From: Tolypothrix carrinoi HA7290-LM1
GTDB taxonomy: Bacteria > Cyanobacteriota > Cyanobacteriia > Cyanobacteriales > Nostocaceae
Reading direction: 5' to 3'
Length of the DNA: 64,000 nt
NCBI GenBank assembly: GCA_019358935.1
Contig: JAHHIK010000023.1
Span: forward strand, 20,001 to 84,000
Shown: in pieces, positions 1-9,125 of the stretch
Numbering within the stretch: position 1 is the first letter of the stretch
How the letters are laid out: every line of letters starts with the position of its first letter
Program-made: the position numbers and the translations under genes
The notes under the pieces: model-generated
Told to the model about the DNA's origin: nothing
The model's database searches: none
What the model saw: only the letters and a program-made list of their open reading frames with translations

Positions 1-551
1 AAATTGTAATTCAGAATATCATTTTTTCTTCTTCCTGCTTGGATTGTAGCCGTTCGGTTTTTCGGTTCACCTCCTGATATTCCGAAAGAAGACCGTTTAT
101 TTTTAAAGATTCCGGAATACTCTATTCCACGAGAAATATTTAAACCTTGTGGTTTATTATCAGTTTCTATATAGTCAGCATTAATTGCCGCAATGGGTGT
201 TTTTCCGTTTAATTTAGCATTTTGGTTTGCGATGATTTCATGAAACTGTGTAGGAATATATTCTTTTAGCAATTTACCTTTATCATCTTTGGCGTAAAGA
301 TTATGAGCTAAACCGACATTAACTTTAAAATCTAATTCTTCAGATTTAGGATTAAAAATAATTACATGGTTGATACCTTTGGAATCGTTATCACCTTTAT
401 TATTAGTTTTGAAGAATTCCAGACTTAATTTGGCATCGTCACCAAAGCAAGTTTTTTCAGCTTCAACTGTTGAATTGCCTGGCAAATTTTTACAGCTAGA
501 TAATAAGGCGATCGCTACCACAAAAATAGATAAGAAAAGTCTTGTTTTCAT
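1..551 (-). CDS. Partial lipoprotein, probable phosphodiester glycosidase (DUF2233-like) family; runs off the window start
   Basis: Manual translation from ATG at 551: MKTRLFLSIFVVAIALLSSC (lipobox)...GINHVIIFNPK...PIAAINADY...PQGLNISRG; open to base 1; not in the ORF track. Confidence 0.65.
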   Translation of the reverse strand, partial: MKTRLFLSIFVVAIALLSSCKNLPGNSTVEAEKTCFGDDAKLSLEFFKTNNKGDNDSKGINHVIIFNPKSEELDFKVNVGLAHNLYAKDDKGKLLKEYIPTQFHEIIANQNAKLNGKTPIAAINADYIETDNKPQGLNISRGIEYSGIFKNKRSSFGISGGEPKNRTATIQAGRRKNDILNYN

Positions 552-684
552 CGATATATTAAGTAAGCTTTTGAAATAGCGCTCAAATATCACAATTTTG
601 TCAAATTAATAGAATGATTTGTTTTTAATTAGTGATATAATCATAAGATTCAGAGGTGATTTATAAAATAAACATAAAATTGAT

Positions 685-716
685 GTAGGGTGCGTTACTA
701 CGTTAACGCACCCTAC
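685..716. repeat. GTAG-type REP-like palindrome (GTAGGGTGCGTTA...TAACGCACCCTAC)
   Basis: 13-bp perfect inverted repeat; related copies at 9021-9055 and 57475-57502. Confidence 0.8.
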
Positions 717-732
717 GGACTAAACTTCTGTT

Positions 733-1590
733 CTACAGCAAGCCCAAATCTTTCAGGCTGCGTCGTGTAATTTCAATCCTCGCTGGTGCGTCTGTTGGTT
801 TATTCATGTCAATGGTGGTTGCGAAGAAATAGACGTTTTTGTTTTTTTCTAAATAGCCGACAAACCAACCCAATTCTGGTTTAGTGCTGTTTAACCATCC
901 AGTCTTTCCCCGCAGTGTATAATCTGGTGTCTGTTCTCGCACCATGATATCTTTAACCAAATCCATTGTCCGTTGCGAGAAGGGCAGCTTGTTTTGATAT
1001 AATCTTTGCAAAAACTCAATCTGTGCTTTAGGGGTAATTTGCAATGGTCCCTGCAACCAAAAGCGATCGATATCTTCAGCGGTGCCAATCTGACGGTTGC
1101 CATAACCTACTTTATCGATAAATTGCTGCATCCGCTCATGTCCTAATCGACGTGCGAGAACTTGATAAAACCAGACAGTTGAATCTTTGAAAGCTTGACG
1201 CAAATTCGTATCGTGATTCCAAACATCGATATCTCGGCGAATCCCATCCCAAGTGAGGACAGCGACATCATTCGGCATAATACCAGTTTCTAATGCCACC
1301 ATTGCATTAAAAATTTTAAACGTTGAACCGGGAGTCATTGCAGTCACGTTACGTTGAGGATTGTGTTCATAGGTGCGGTTGTTGTTCAAGTCGTAAATTA
1401 AGATCGATCCTGAGAGTTTAAATTCTCGGAAATGTCGTCCCAAATCTGGTGCTTTTGCAATTACTGGATGTTGAGTGATGGTGGAATTATTTTCAGCCAG
1501 AACACGCACGCTGAAACTTAGCGCGATTAACAAGGTGATACATCCAACAATAAAGATAATAAAGGGCGATCGCCACACACGAAGCAGCAT
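733..1590 (-). CDS. Class D (OXA-type) beta-lactamase family protein
   Basis: Signal peptide plus STFK, STV, YGN and KTG motifs. Confidence 0.9.
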   Translation of the reverse strand: MLLRVWRSPFIIFIVGCITLLIALSFSVRVLAENNSTITQHPVIAKAPDLGRHFREFKLSGSILIYDLNNNRTYEHNPQRNVTAMTPGSTFKIFNAMVALETGIMPNDVAVLTWDGIRRDIDVWNHDTNLRQAFKDSTVWFYQVLARRLGHERMQQFIDKVGYGNRQIGTAEDIDRFWLQGPLQITPKAQIEFLQRLYQNKLPFSQRTMDLVKDIMVREQTPDYTLRGKTGWLNSTKPELGWFVGYLEKNKNVYFFATTIDMNKPTDAPARIEITRRSLKDLGLL

Positions 1591-1661
1591 TTTTTCTCCT
1601 CACACATATTAACAAGCAGGAAATAATACACCGTCGTTTTGCTGATTTCCGGATGGCAATG

Positions 1662-1763
1662 ATATCATGTCCCCTTAATTAACATTAATAAAAACACTGC
1701 AACCGTCGTAGAGACGTTCCGACGGAACGTCTTTACAATATGTGTGATTAAAAAACATGATAT
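1662..1763. mobile_element. About 100-bp MITE-like element with an internal GTAGAGACGTTCC REP hairpin
   Basis: Terminal IR ATATCATGT/ACATGATAT; internal palindrome 1708-1736; homologous inverted partial copy at about 50385-50452. Confidence 0.6.
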
Positions 1764-1764
1764 A

Positions 1765-1801
1765 AAAACCCCCGCTACAGCATAACCATAGCGGGGGAAA
1801 A
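1765..1801. terminator. Intrinsic terminator of the DUF4912 gene
   Basis: CCCCGCTA...TAGCGGGG hairpin with an adjacent A tract (U tract on the minus strand). Confidence 0.65.
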
Positions 1802-1844
1802 GTTTATATGTCGATGTCGATTTTAGTTAATCCAAAATCCAAAA

Positions 1845-3101
1845 TTAAGAGAACCACTCAACAACAGCTTCATCTTTGGTGTTAGTATTGCGAGATGGTG
1901 TCTCACGAGTAAACTTCATTTGAATTGACCGTGTTTGTTCACCATCAACAGCGACAGCCTTAATCGGATAGTCAATTAAACCATCCTGGAAGGACATCTG
2001 GAAGCGGAATGTACCATCTGGATTCAGCTTAATCGGACGACCACCAATTGTTACAGTAGCATCGGGTTCGGTTGCACCGTAAACAATCAACTCAGCATCC
2101 GCAATTAACCAGAACTGACGCGGACGCATTGGCACGTCTCCAGAGAAGCCAGCACCGGACATTCCTACACCAGACATGGTTAAACCAGATGCGGTGGGAA
2201 CTGCCCACATACCTACACCAGAGGGGAATATGTAGGAACTGATGGTTTGTTCGTGGACGGAAGTTTGATGCATCGAGCCAAATATAGAACCAGCAACGCG
2301 CATTGCTTCGGTAGATTCAGCCATGCCAAAGATTTGGTCATAGATAGGATTGCTACCGTTTGCGTTACCGTAAGCGTTACCGTATGCGGTTGTTTCGGCA
2401 ACTTTCTTGGATGGGGGAACCAGTTCATACTGGGTTTTGCCAGCCAAATCTTCTTCAAAGTTGACTGTGATGAAAACGTCTTCAATCCAGTCAGAAGGAT
2501 AGACCGGAGGAATATGTACTGGTGCCGATCGCGCCAATATCAACCAGCGACCATCAGCACAACGATAACCGATATCAAGCACATAATCGCGATCGCTCAC
2601 CGGCACCGGTAAATACCATTCCCGCGCTAGTTCATCAGAAGGATATTCTTGAATGCTGTGCGGACTTTGGTATTCAATATTGATGTCGGTAACATCATAA
2701 ATCCGCAGTGCCAATTGTTGTCCACCTTGGCGACGCAGTTCTTCTTTGTGTTCGTTGGAAACATCCCAGTAAGTGTAAGCCCACTGAGGATCTCGCGGCA
2801 TCAGCACAATCCGGCTTTCTCCGTAACCAGCTGGCAAATCGGCGAGTCCTTCGTCAACATCTGCCAATGAGCCACCATTACGATCTATTTGACCTAATTC
2901 AAATTTTGCTGCTTCCACGGTTTCCTGTGCCTCCGGTGAACGAGATGGGGTAAGCGAAACTTTACTGCGCTGAACTTCTTGAATCGATGCCAGCAATTGC
3001 GATTTACGCATCCGGCTATAGCGAGAGATACTGTATTCGCTAGCAACTCTACGTAGTTGCCTTAGTGTCATCTCTTCTAGCGGTGGGCGTTCTTTTGCCA
3101 T
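1845..3101 (-). CDS. Rho-termination N-terminal domain + DUF4912 protein
   Basis: N-terminal LEEMTLRQLRRVA...RYSRMRKSQL; core LMPRDPQWAYTYWD; C-terminal ADAELIVYGATEPDA. Confidence 0.85.
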   Translation of the reverse strand: MAKERPPLEEMTLRQLRRVASEYSISRYSRMRKSQLLASIQEVQRSKVSLTPSRSPEAQETVEAAKFELGQIDRNGGSLADVDEGLADLPAGYGESRIVLMPRDPQWAYTYWDVSNEHKEELRRQGGQQLALRIYDVTDINIEYQSPHSIQEYPSDELAREWYLPVPVSDRDYVLDIGYRCADGRWLILARSAPVHIPPVYPSDWIEDVFITVNFEEDLAGKTQYELVPPSKKVAETTAYGNAYGNANGSNPIYDQIFGMAESTEAMRVAGSIFGSMHQTSVHEQTISSYIFPSGVGMWAVPTASGLTMSGVGMSGAGFSGDVPMRPRQFWLIADAELIVYGATEPDATVTIGGRPIKLNPDGTFRFQMSFQDGLIDYPIKAVAVDGEQTRSIQMKFTRETPSRNTNTKDEAVVEWFS

Positions 3102-3610
3102 GATTTTGACCTCCAGTAGTTTAAAAGGTAAATGATTTCCCCTGGCTAAAGAGTGGTGTAATAAATGCCATCCAATCCAGATGAACTTCTTATTCCTGAA
3201 GGAGTGGCTTTTGCCCAGTTTTGAGATTTTTTTAGTCGGTTTTTAAATTAAGGTCTACTTCCGAGAAATTCCCTACAAATGCGATCGGCATTTATTTGGG
3301 ATCGGAAAAGTCCCTTTGTTAAGAATATTAACTAACAAACCCGCATAGGGATCAAGGGGTCTCAAGACCCGTTTTTGTCGTTTTCACGAATTTATCAGCC
3401 ATTTGGGGATCGTCAAGTTATGCTTTCATGACATTAGGGCGAAAAAGCCCATTTTTCAACCCCAAAATCGAGAGCTAATGTCAGGGAATAATGACATTAG
3501 CTCCAAACCTAGTCTTTAAACTACATCGGCATATAACTATTTATAGATAGTTACTTGCATAAATTTCTTTATCCGCGTCCATCGGCGTTTATCTGCGGTT
3601 CAAAATCAAA

Positions 3611-3775
3611 TTAGTTGACAGCATGAGAATCGATTAAAAAAGGTGCGATCGCCAACCCGATAAAACCTGTATTACCCAACACAGCGGCAATCAAAAAACT
3701 GGCTTGACTGCAAGAGTTTAGGCGATCGCGATCGCCATGAAAGAGATTCATCTTAATTTGGCTGTGAGTTAACAT
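3611..3775 (-). pseudogene. Fragment of an AEC (auxin efflux carrier/permease) family transporter
   Basis: 54-aa ORF containing SFLIAAVLGNTGFIGLAIAPFLI, the GNTG signature helix of AEC permeases; far too short for a full protein. Confidence 0.55.
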
Positions 3776-3790
3776 AGTAGAAATCATCGC

Positions 3791-4621
3791 TTAACCGAAG
3801 CGTCCACTAATATATTCTGATGCTTCTTGAGTTTTGGGAGACTCGAAGATTTGCCTTGTCGGACTAAACTCAACTAATCTTCCGTAGCGTTTGCCGTGTT
3901 TATCGGTTTCTGTATTAAAAAACGCCGTCCAATCTGCTACCCTCGAAGCTTGTTGCATATTGTGAGTCACCATGATGATGGTGTATTGTTGCTTCAGTTC
4001 TAAGCAGAGTTCTTCAACTTGACGGCTAGAAATTGGGTCGAGAGCAGAACAAGGTTCATCCATCAATAATACATCTGGTTTCATGGCGATCGCTCGCGCA
4101 ATGCACAGTCGTTGCTGTTGTCCACCAGATAAAGCTGTACCTTTTGATTTTAGTTTGTCTTTAACTTCATCCCATATTGCAGCGCGTCTGAGGGAATCTT
4201 CGACTAATTCATCCATATTACCTTTATAGCCGTTAGAGCGCGGTCCAAAGGCAATGTTTTCGTATATTGATTTGGGAAAAGGATTTGGTCTTTGGAAAAC
4301 CATTCCTACTTGTCGTCGCAATTTAACTGAATTAATTTTCGGATCGTAAATATTGCGATCGCGATAATTTAGTCTACCTTCAACTTTTGCTCCTGGGATT
4401 AAATCATTCATCCGATTAAAGCAACGTAAAAGCGTACTTTTACCACAACCAGAAGGTCCAATAAAAGCAATGATTTGCTTGTCAGGAATATCCATGTAGA
4501 CATCTTGAAGTGCCAAGAAGCCGTTATAAGATACTTTCACACCCTCAGCATTAAAAACGGGTTCATCTTGTTGGCTGAAAGTAGTATTGCTCTGGCTACT
4601 TTTATTGTTGCTATAAGTCAT
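3791..4621 (-). CDS. pstB: Phosphate ABC transporter ATPase
   Basis: [30 protein letters not shown]-terminal YISGRFG. Confidence 0.95.
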   Translation of the reverse strand: MTYSNNKSSQSNTTFSQQDEPVFNAEGVKVSYNGFLALQDVYMDIPDKQIIAFIGPSGCGKSTLLRCFNRMNDLIPGAKVEGRLNYRDRNIYDPKINSVKLRRQVGMVFQRPNPFPKSIYENIAFGPRSNGYKGNMDELVEDSLRRAAIWDEVKDKLKSKGTALSGGQQQRLCIARAIAMKPDVLLMDEPCSALDPISSRQVEELCLELKQQYTIIMVTHNMQQASRVADWTAFFNTETDKHGKRYGRLVEFSPTRQIFESPKTQEASEYISGRFG

Positions 4622-4738
4622 TATTTCTATCTCCTAATGTCTGAAACTGCCAAATTTGCTTTTGAAACCTCTATCGTTATCAAACAAAGGTACTGTAAGT
4701 GCAAACTTTGTGTTTATATCCTCTGGAAAAATGCTTGA

Positions 4739-5638
4739 TTAATCTATAGAAAAGCGTTGTCTCACATAAATTGCTATTCCATTCAGAGCCAAAATCAAGA
4801 GAATCAAAGTAATAATTGTTGCGGCAGCAGCGTTAGCAAAACCCGGTTCGGGACGAGTAATATAACTGAAAATTTGAATGGGTAGTGCCATAAATCTTTG
4901 GAATAAACCAGGATTAAATGTCAGAAAACTAACAGCACCAACCACAATCAAAGAAGCTGCATCACCAATAGCACGAGATACAGAAATAATTACTCCTGTG
5001 AGAATACCAGGAACGGCATAAGGTAAAACATGACTGGCAATTGTTTGCCACTTGGTTACACCCAACCCGTAAGAAGCATTTCTTAAAGAATCTGGAACTG
5101 AGCGAATTGCTTCTCTTGCCGTCACAATAATCACTGGTAAAGATAGCAAAGATAAAGTCAACGCACCAGAAATTAAAGTTGGACCAAACCCTAGTAAGTA
5201 ATTGAAAACTCCTAAACCTAGCAACCCATAGACAATAGAAGGCACTCCCGCCAAATTGCTTATATTAATCTCGATAATCGTTGTCCACCAAGTTTTTGGT
5301 GCGTATTCTTCCAGATATAAAGCGGCTCCTACACCAATTGGTACAGCAGTCAAAATCACAATAATTCCTAAAAGTATACTACCAATTATTGCCGGACGAA
5401 TACCTCCTTGGTCTGGAAAACGCGAAGGAGTTTCTGTCAAAAAACCTGGACTGAAAAACCTGACTAAACCATCTTTAGAGATATCAAAAATTAGCAAAGC
5501 TAGAACGAATAAGCCAACTAACAACCCCAAAAGAAAAATTATTTCAAAGACTTTACCTAAGCTTTCTCTACTTTCGACATTATCAGTAAATTCTCTCTCT
5601 CGATCTAGAGGATTGTTTGGTCTGTATGTGGTAGACAT
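4739..5638 (-). CDS. pstA: Phosphate ABC transporter permease
   Basis: NLAGVPSIVYGLLGL, REAIRSVP, SRAIGDAA; operon position. Confidence 0.92.
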   Translation of the reverse strand: MSTTYRPNNPLDREREFTDNVESRESLGKVFEIIFLLGLLVGLFVLALLIFDISKDGLVRFFSPGFLTETPSRFPDQGGIRPAIIGSILLGIIVILTAVPIGVGAALYLEEYAPKTWWTTIIEINISNLAGVPSIVYGLLGLGVFNYLLGFGPTLISGALTLSLLSLPVIIVTAREAIRSVPDSLRNASYGLGVTKWQTIASHVLPYAVPGILTGVIISVSRAIGDAASLIVVGAVSFLTFNPGLFQRFMALPIQIFSYITRPEPGFANAAAATIITLILLILALNGIAIYVRQRFSID

Positions 5639-5643
5639 GTTTA

Positions 5644-6579
5644 TTAATCGTACTTTTCTTTAAAGCGATTAGAAATCCAGTAACTAATAATATTTAAACT
5701 CAGGGTGAGTACAAACAAAACAGCACCTACAGCGTATAAAGTCTTAAAATTAACACTGCCACGCGGACTGTCTCCACCAGAAATTTGCGCCATATATGCT
5801 GTCATGGTTTCTACTGATTCCAGTAAGTTAACTGTTATTCTAGGCTGTTGTCCGGCAGCTATAACAACAGTCATCGTTTCACCCACAGCACGGGAAATTC
5901 CTAAAATAATTGAAGCGCTAATTCCAGAAAGTGCTGCTGGTAAAACTACCTTAAAAATGGATTCGAGTTTAGTGATACCTAAAGCGTAAGCACCTTCGCG
6001 TAAAGAACGCGGTACTGCTTTGATAGCATCTAAGCTGATAGAACCAACTGTGGGAGTAATCATTACTCCCATCATTAACCCCGCACTTAAAGCATTGAAA
6101 ATTTCCAAGGGCAGAAAATTCCGGAGCAGTGGGGTGACAAATAACAGTGCAAAGTAGCCGTAAACAACTGTAGGTATCCCTGCTAAAAGTTCAAATGCTG
6201 GACGGAGAATTGCTGCTACTTTTGGTGGTGCATACTCACTTAAATAGATAGCAGAACATAAACCTAAAGGAATCGCAACTGACATGGCGATCGCTGTAGT
6301 TAAAAATGTGCCATTAATCAGCGGCCAAACGCCAAAATGTCTTTCTGCGAATAGAGGAGTCCACTTAGTATCCAAAAAGAAATCAGCAAAATAAACTTCT
6401 TGAAAAAACTCAAATGCCACCTGGAAAATAATGAAGACAATACCAAATGTGGTCAGGACGGAAATTAAAGCACAGCAAAATAAAATTGCAGCAACAATTT
6501 TTTCTTGGATATCTTCCGATGCTTTCTTTTCTAGTGATTCTCTAGATTGGTGAAAATTATCTTGATTTGTAGCTTGCAT
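5644..6579 (-). CDS. pstC: Phosphate ABC transporter permease
   Basis: ELLAGIPTVVYGYF, SRAVGETM. Confidence 0.92.
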   Translation of the reverse strand: MQATNQDNFHQSRESLEKKASEDIQEKIVAAILFCCALISVLTTFGIVFIIFQVAFEFFQEVYFADFFLDTKWTPLFAERHFGVWPLINGTFLTTAIAMSVAIPLGLCSAIYLSEYAPPKVAAILRPAFELLAGIPTVVYGYFALLFVTPLLRNFLPLEIFNALSAGLMMGVMITPTVGSISLDAIKAVPRSLREGAYALGITKLESIFKVVLPAALSGISASIILGISRAVGETMTVVIAAGQQPRITVNLLESVETMTAYMAQISGGDSPRGSVNFKTLYAVGAVLFVLTLSLNIISYWISNRFKEKYD

Positions 6580-6597
6580 AATTCCCGATACTAAAAA

Positions 6598-7596
6598 TTA
6601 AATAAAATTCGTGATTGGTTGACCTGGTTTTGCTTTTTTGAATTTTGTACCAGTTTCACCTGTAGCCAACTTTTGTTTTACCTTCATGTAAGCTTCATCA
6701 GGTAGCGCTACATAACCAACACTATCTACCCATTTCCAAGAATTTTCTAAATAGAAATCGACAAACTGTTTTACTGATGGTTTTTTATCCAAAGATTTTT
6801 TACTAACGTAGATGAAAAGAGGACGAGATAAAGGTGTATAAATATTCTTCACTACATTATCAATTGGAACAGGTTTTTCACACTTGCCTGTCGGACTTTC
6901 AACACCAACTAGATTCAGCTTATCTTGATTTTGGATGTAATAAGAAATCCCTACATAACCAAGAGCATATTTTTCACCGGCAACTCCTTGGACAAGGTTA
7001 TTTTGATTGTGACTAGGATTATAATCTGTGCGACTATTTTTGGCTTTACCTGTAACAGCTTGGGTAAAATAATCAAATGTTCCCGTATCCGAAGCTGGAG
7101 CGTAAAGCTTGATTTTTTCTTTGGGAAACTTCGGATTAATTTGATTCCAAGTTAATACTTTACCATCTGATTTAGAACTCCACATTTTTTTGAGTTCTGC
7201 AATCGTCAAACATTTGGCAAAATCATTTTGACGATTAACAATTACGGCGATTCCATCCAACGCAATAGGTAATTCTACAAATTCAATCTTCTTATTTTTA
7301 CATTTGGCTACTTCTTCATCTTTAATAGTACGAGAAGCCGCAACAATATCAATTTCTCCAGCGCAAAACTTGCTAACACCCCCACCAGTTCCACTGGAAG
7401 CAACACTCACTACAGCGTTATCGTTTTGTTTGTGGTATTCTTCTGCAACTGCAAGAGAGATAGGAAAACCTACCGCAGCACCATCAATACTTACCTGTTG
7501 TTGGCTTCCTTGATTGCTGCAAGCTGTCAGGCTGTATGATGTCAATATCAAAGATATAAAGGCGAGGCTTTTTTTCAAGCTACTGCTAAAACTCAT
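6598..7596 (-). CDS. pstS: PstS/SphX-family phosphate-binding lipoprotein
   Basis: Lipobox LTAC; SSGTGGG, ASR, DGIAVIVN, YTPLSRPLFIYV. Confidence 0.85.
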   Translation of the reverse strand: MSFSSSLKKSLAFISLILTSYSLTACSNQGSQQQVSIDGAAVGFPISLAVAEEYHKQNDNAVVSVASSGTGGGVSKFCAGEIDIVAASRTIKDEEVAKCKNKKIEFVELPIALDGIAVIVNRQNDFAKCLTIAELKKMWSSKSDGKVLTWNQINPKFPKEKIKLYAPASDTGTFDYFTQAVTGKAKNSRTDYNPSHNQNNLVQGVAGEKYALGYVGISYYIQNQDKLNLVGVESPTGKCEKPVPIDNVVKNIYTPLSRPLFIYVSKKSLDKKPSVKQFVDFYLENSWKWVDSVGYVALPDEAYMKVKQKLATGETGTKFKKAKPGQPITNFI

Positions 7597-7645
7597 CGGC
7601 TTTTATCAATCCCACATTTAATATATAAAATGGTTGGTATAATAT

Positions 7646-8782
7646 CTAGGCTTTATTTTTAGCCTTAACTTGATCAAAAATTGCGCCATCCCCAAAGAAT
7701 TTTTTCTGAATAATATCCCATCCGCCTAAATCTTGAGCGGTAAATAAAGTTTCGATTTTGGGATACTGTGATGCGACTTCTTGGCTAACGCTAGGATTGA
7801 CAGGACGATATCTTAAGAGCGCAAATTCGCGTTGGGCTTCTGTTGAATAAAGATAATCTACAAATGCTTGTGCAACTTCTCTTGTATTATGTTTATCGAC
7901 ATTTTTATCAACTACCACTACTGGGTTGTCGATGGAAATATTTATTGGTGGTACAACATAAGGTAATTTCGGTCCATTTGTTTCCGCTAAAATTACCTCA
8001 TTTTCGTAGTTAACTAAGACATCCCCTTCATTTCTTTGGAAAAATAAATCGCTAGCTTCACGCGCATCTTTTGTCAAAAACGGAGCATTTTTATAAACTT
8101 TGGTAATGTAATCTAATGCTGTTGCTTCGTCACCTCCGGCTTGAGTCACCGAACCCCAAAAAGCTAAAAATTGCCAAATCGCAATCCCAGAAGTTTTCGG
8201 ATCGGCAGCAATTACTTTCACCCCATCTTTTGCTAAGTCTGCCCAAGTATTAATACCTTTGGGATTGCCCTCGCGGGTAACGATTGCCGCTACAGACCTA
8301 CTAACAATACCATTTCTTGGCGCTCTGTTTTCCCAATTTGATTTAATCAGTCCTGCTTGTTGGATTTTATTCACATCTAAGGGAAGTGCTAGGTGTACTA
8401 TATCTGCTTCTTGCAAACCCCCGATAACAGCAGCAGCCTGAGCGCCAGAACCACCATAATTAGTATCAAAAGTGACGTTTTGGTTATGTTCTTTCTTCCA
8501 TTTCTGAATAAATTTTGGGATTATTTGGTCGTGAGCAGCTTTTGTAACAGAAAAGGAAACCAGCCGCAGTTTAATATCATTGGAAGCTGAAGCATTTCCA
8601 CAGGCAGTTATTGCCATGCTCAAAATCACACCTACGGCAAATAGACATAGAAAATGCACATGCTTTTTTGACCAGCTTCTGGTAATTCGTTCAGATAATA
8701 TCAACTGCAAACTTTTCATTACATAAGTCTGCATTTGCGCGATCGCTCCACCTACTGATTGTCTCAATTGCCATCTGCTCAT
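7646..8782 (-). CDS. sbpA: Sulfate/thiosulfate ABC substrate-binding lipoprotein (Sbp/CysP family); start uncertain
   Basis: YGGSGAQA, GNPKGINTWADL, DPKTSGIA, GDVLVNYENE, DLGGW. Confidence 0.85.
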   Translation of the reverse strand: MSRWQLRQSVGGAIAQMQTYVMKSLQLILSERITRSWSKKHVHFLCLFAVGVILSMAITACGNASASNDIKLRLVSFSVTKAAHDQIIPKFIQKWKKEHNQNVTFDTNYGGSGAQAAAVIGGLQEADIVHLALPLDVNKIQQAGLIKSNWENRAPRNGIVSRSVAAIVTREGNPKGINTWADLAKDGVKVIAADPKTSGIAIWQFLAFWGSVTQAGGDEATALDYITKVYKNAPFLTKDAREASDLFFQRNEGDVLVNYENEVILAETNGPKLPYVVPPINISIDNPVVVVDKNVDKHNTREVAQAFVDYLYSTEAQREFALLRYRPVNPSVSQEVASQYPKIETLFTAQDLGGWDIIQKKFFGDGAIFDQVKAKNKA

Positions 8783-8874
8783 AATACACCTTATATACGG
8801 CATCTTGAGCGAATTACCGTAGATTTTAAGTATAATAGAGTCTAAACACTAATAAAGCAAGAGTCTCATCTATA

Positions 8875-8914
8875 CTTAACTTTATATTTAACTTTTCTTA
8901 ATATATTTTAACAT
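8875..8914. promoter_or_regulatory. Possible Pho-box-like array of YTTAAYH repeats upstream of sbp-pst
   Basis: CTTAACTT, TTTAACTT, CTTAATAT, TTTAACAT at 10-12 bp spacing; AT-rich context and opposite orientation to the operon. Confidence 0.3.
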
Positions 8915-9125
8915 TCTCTTCCCGAACAACAAGAACCCCGGTAACTCCTGCGAAACCGGGGTTCTGGAGAAACCGGGGTTCTGAGCTTTGCGATTTTCAC
9001 TTTGCAAATAGTTTAGATACGTAGGGTGCGTAGCTGCGAGAGTACGGCACCCTACAAATAGCTAATTTTGTTCAAAAATAAAACCGGATTTTTATATATG
9101 GTTGAGTTTAATCCTAATGCTCTTT

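Noticed and set aside
370..579. 69-aa plus-strand ORF
   Set aside because: Antisense to the partial lipoprotein gene at 1-551.
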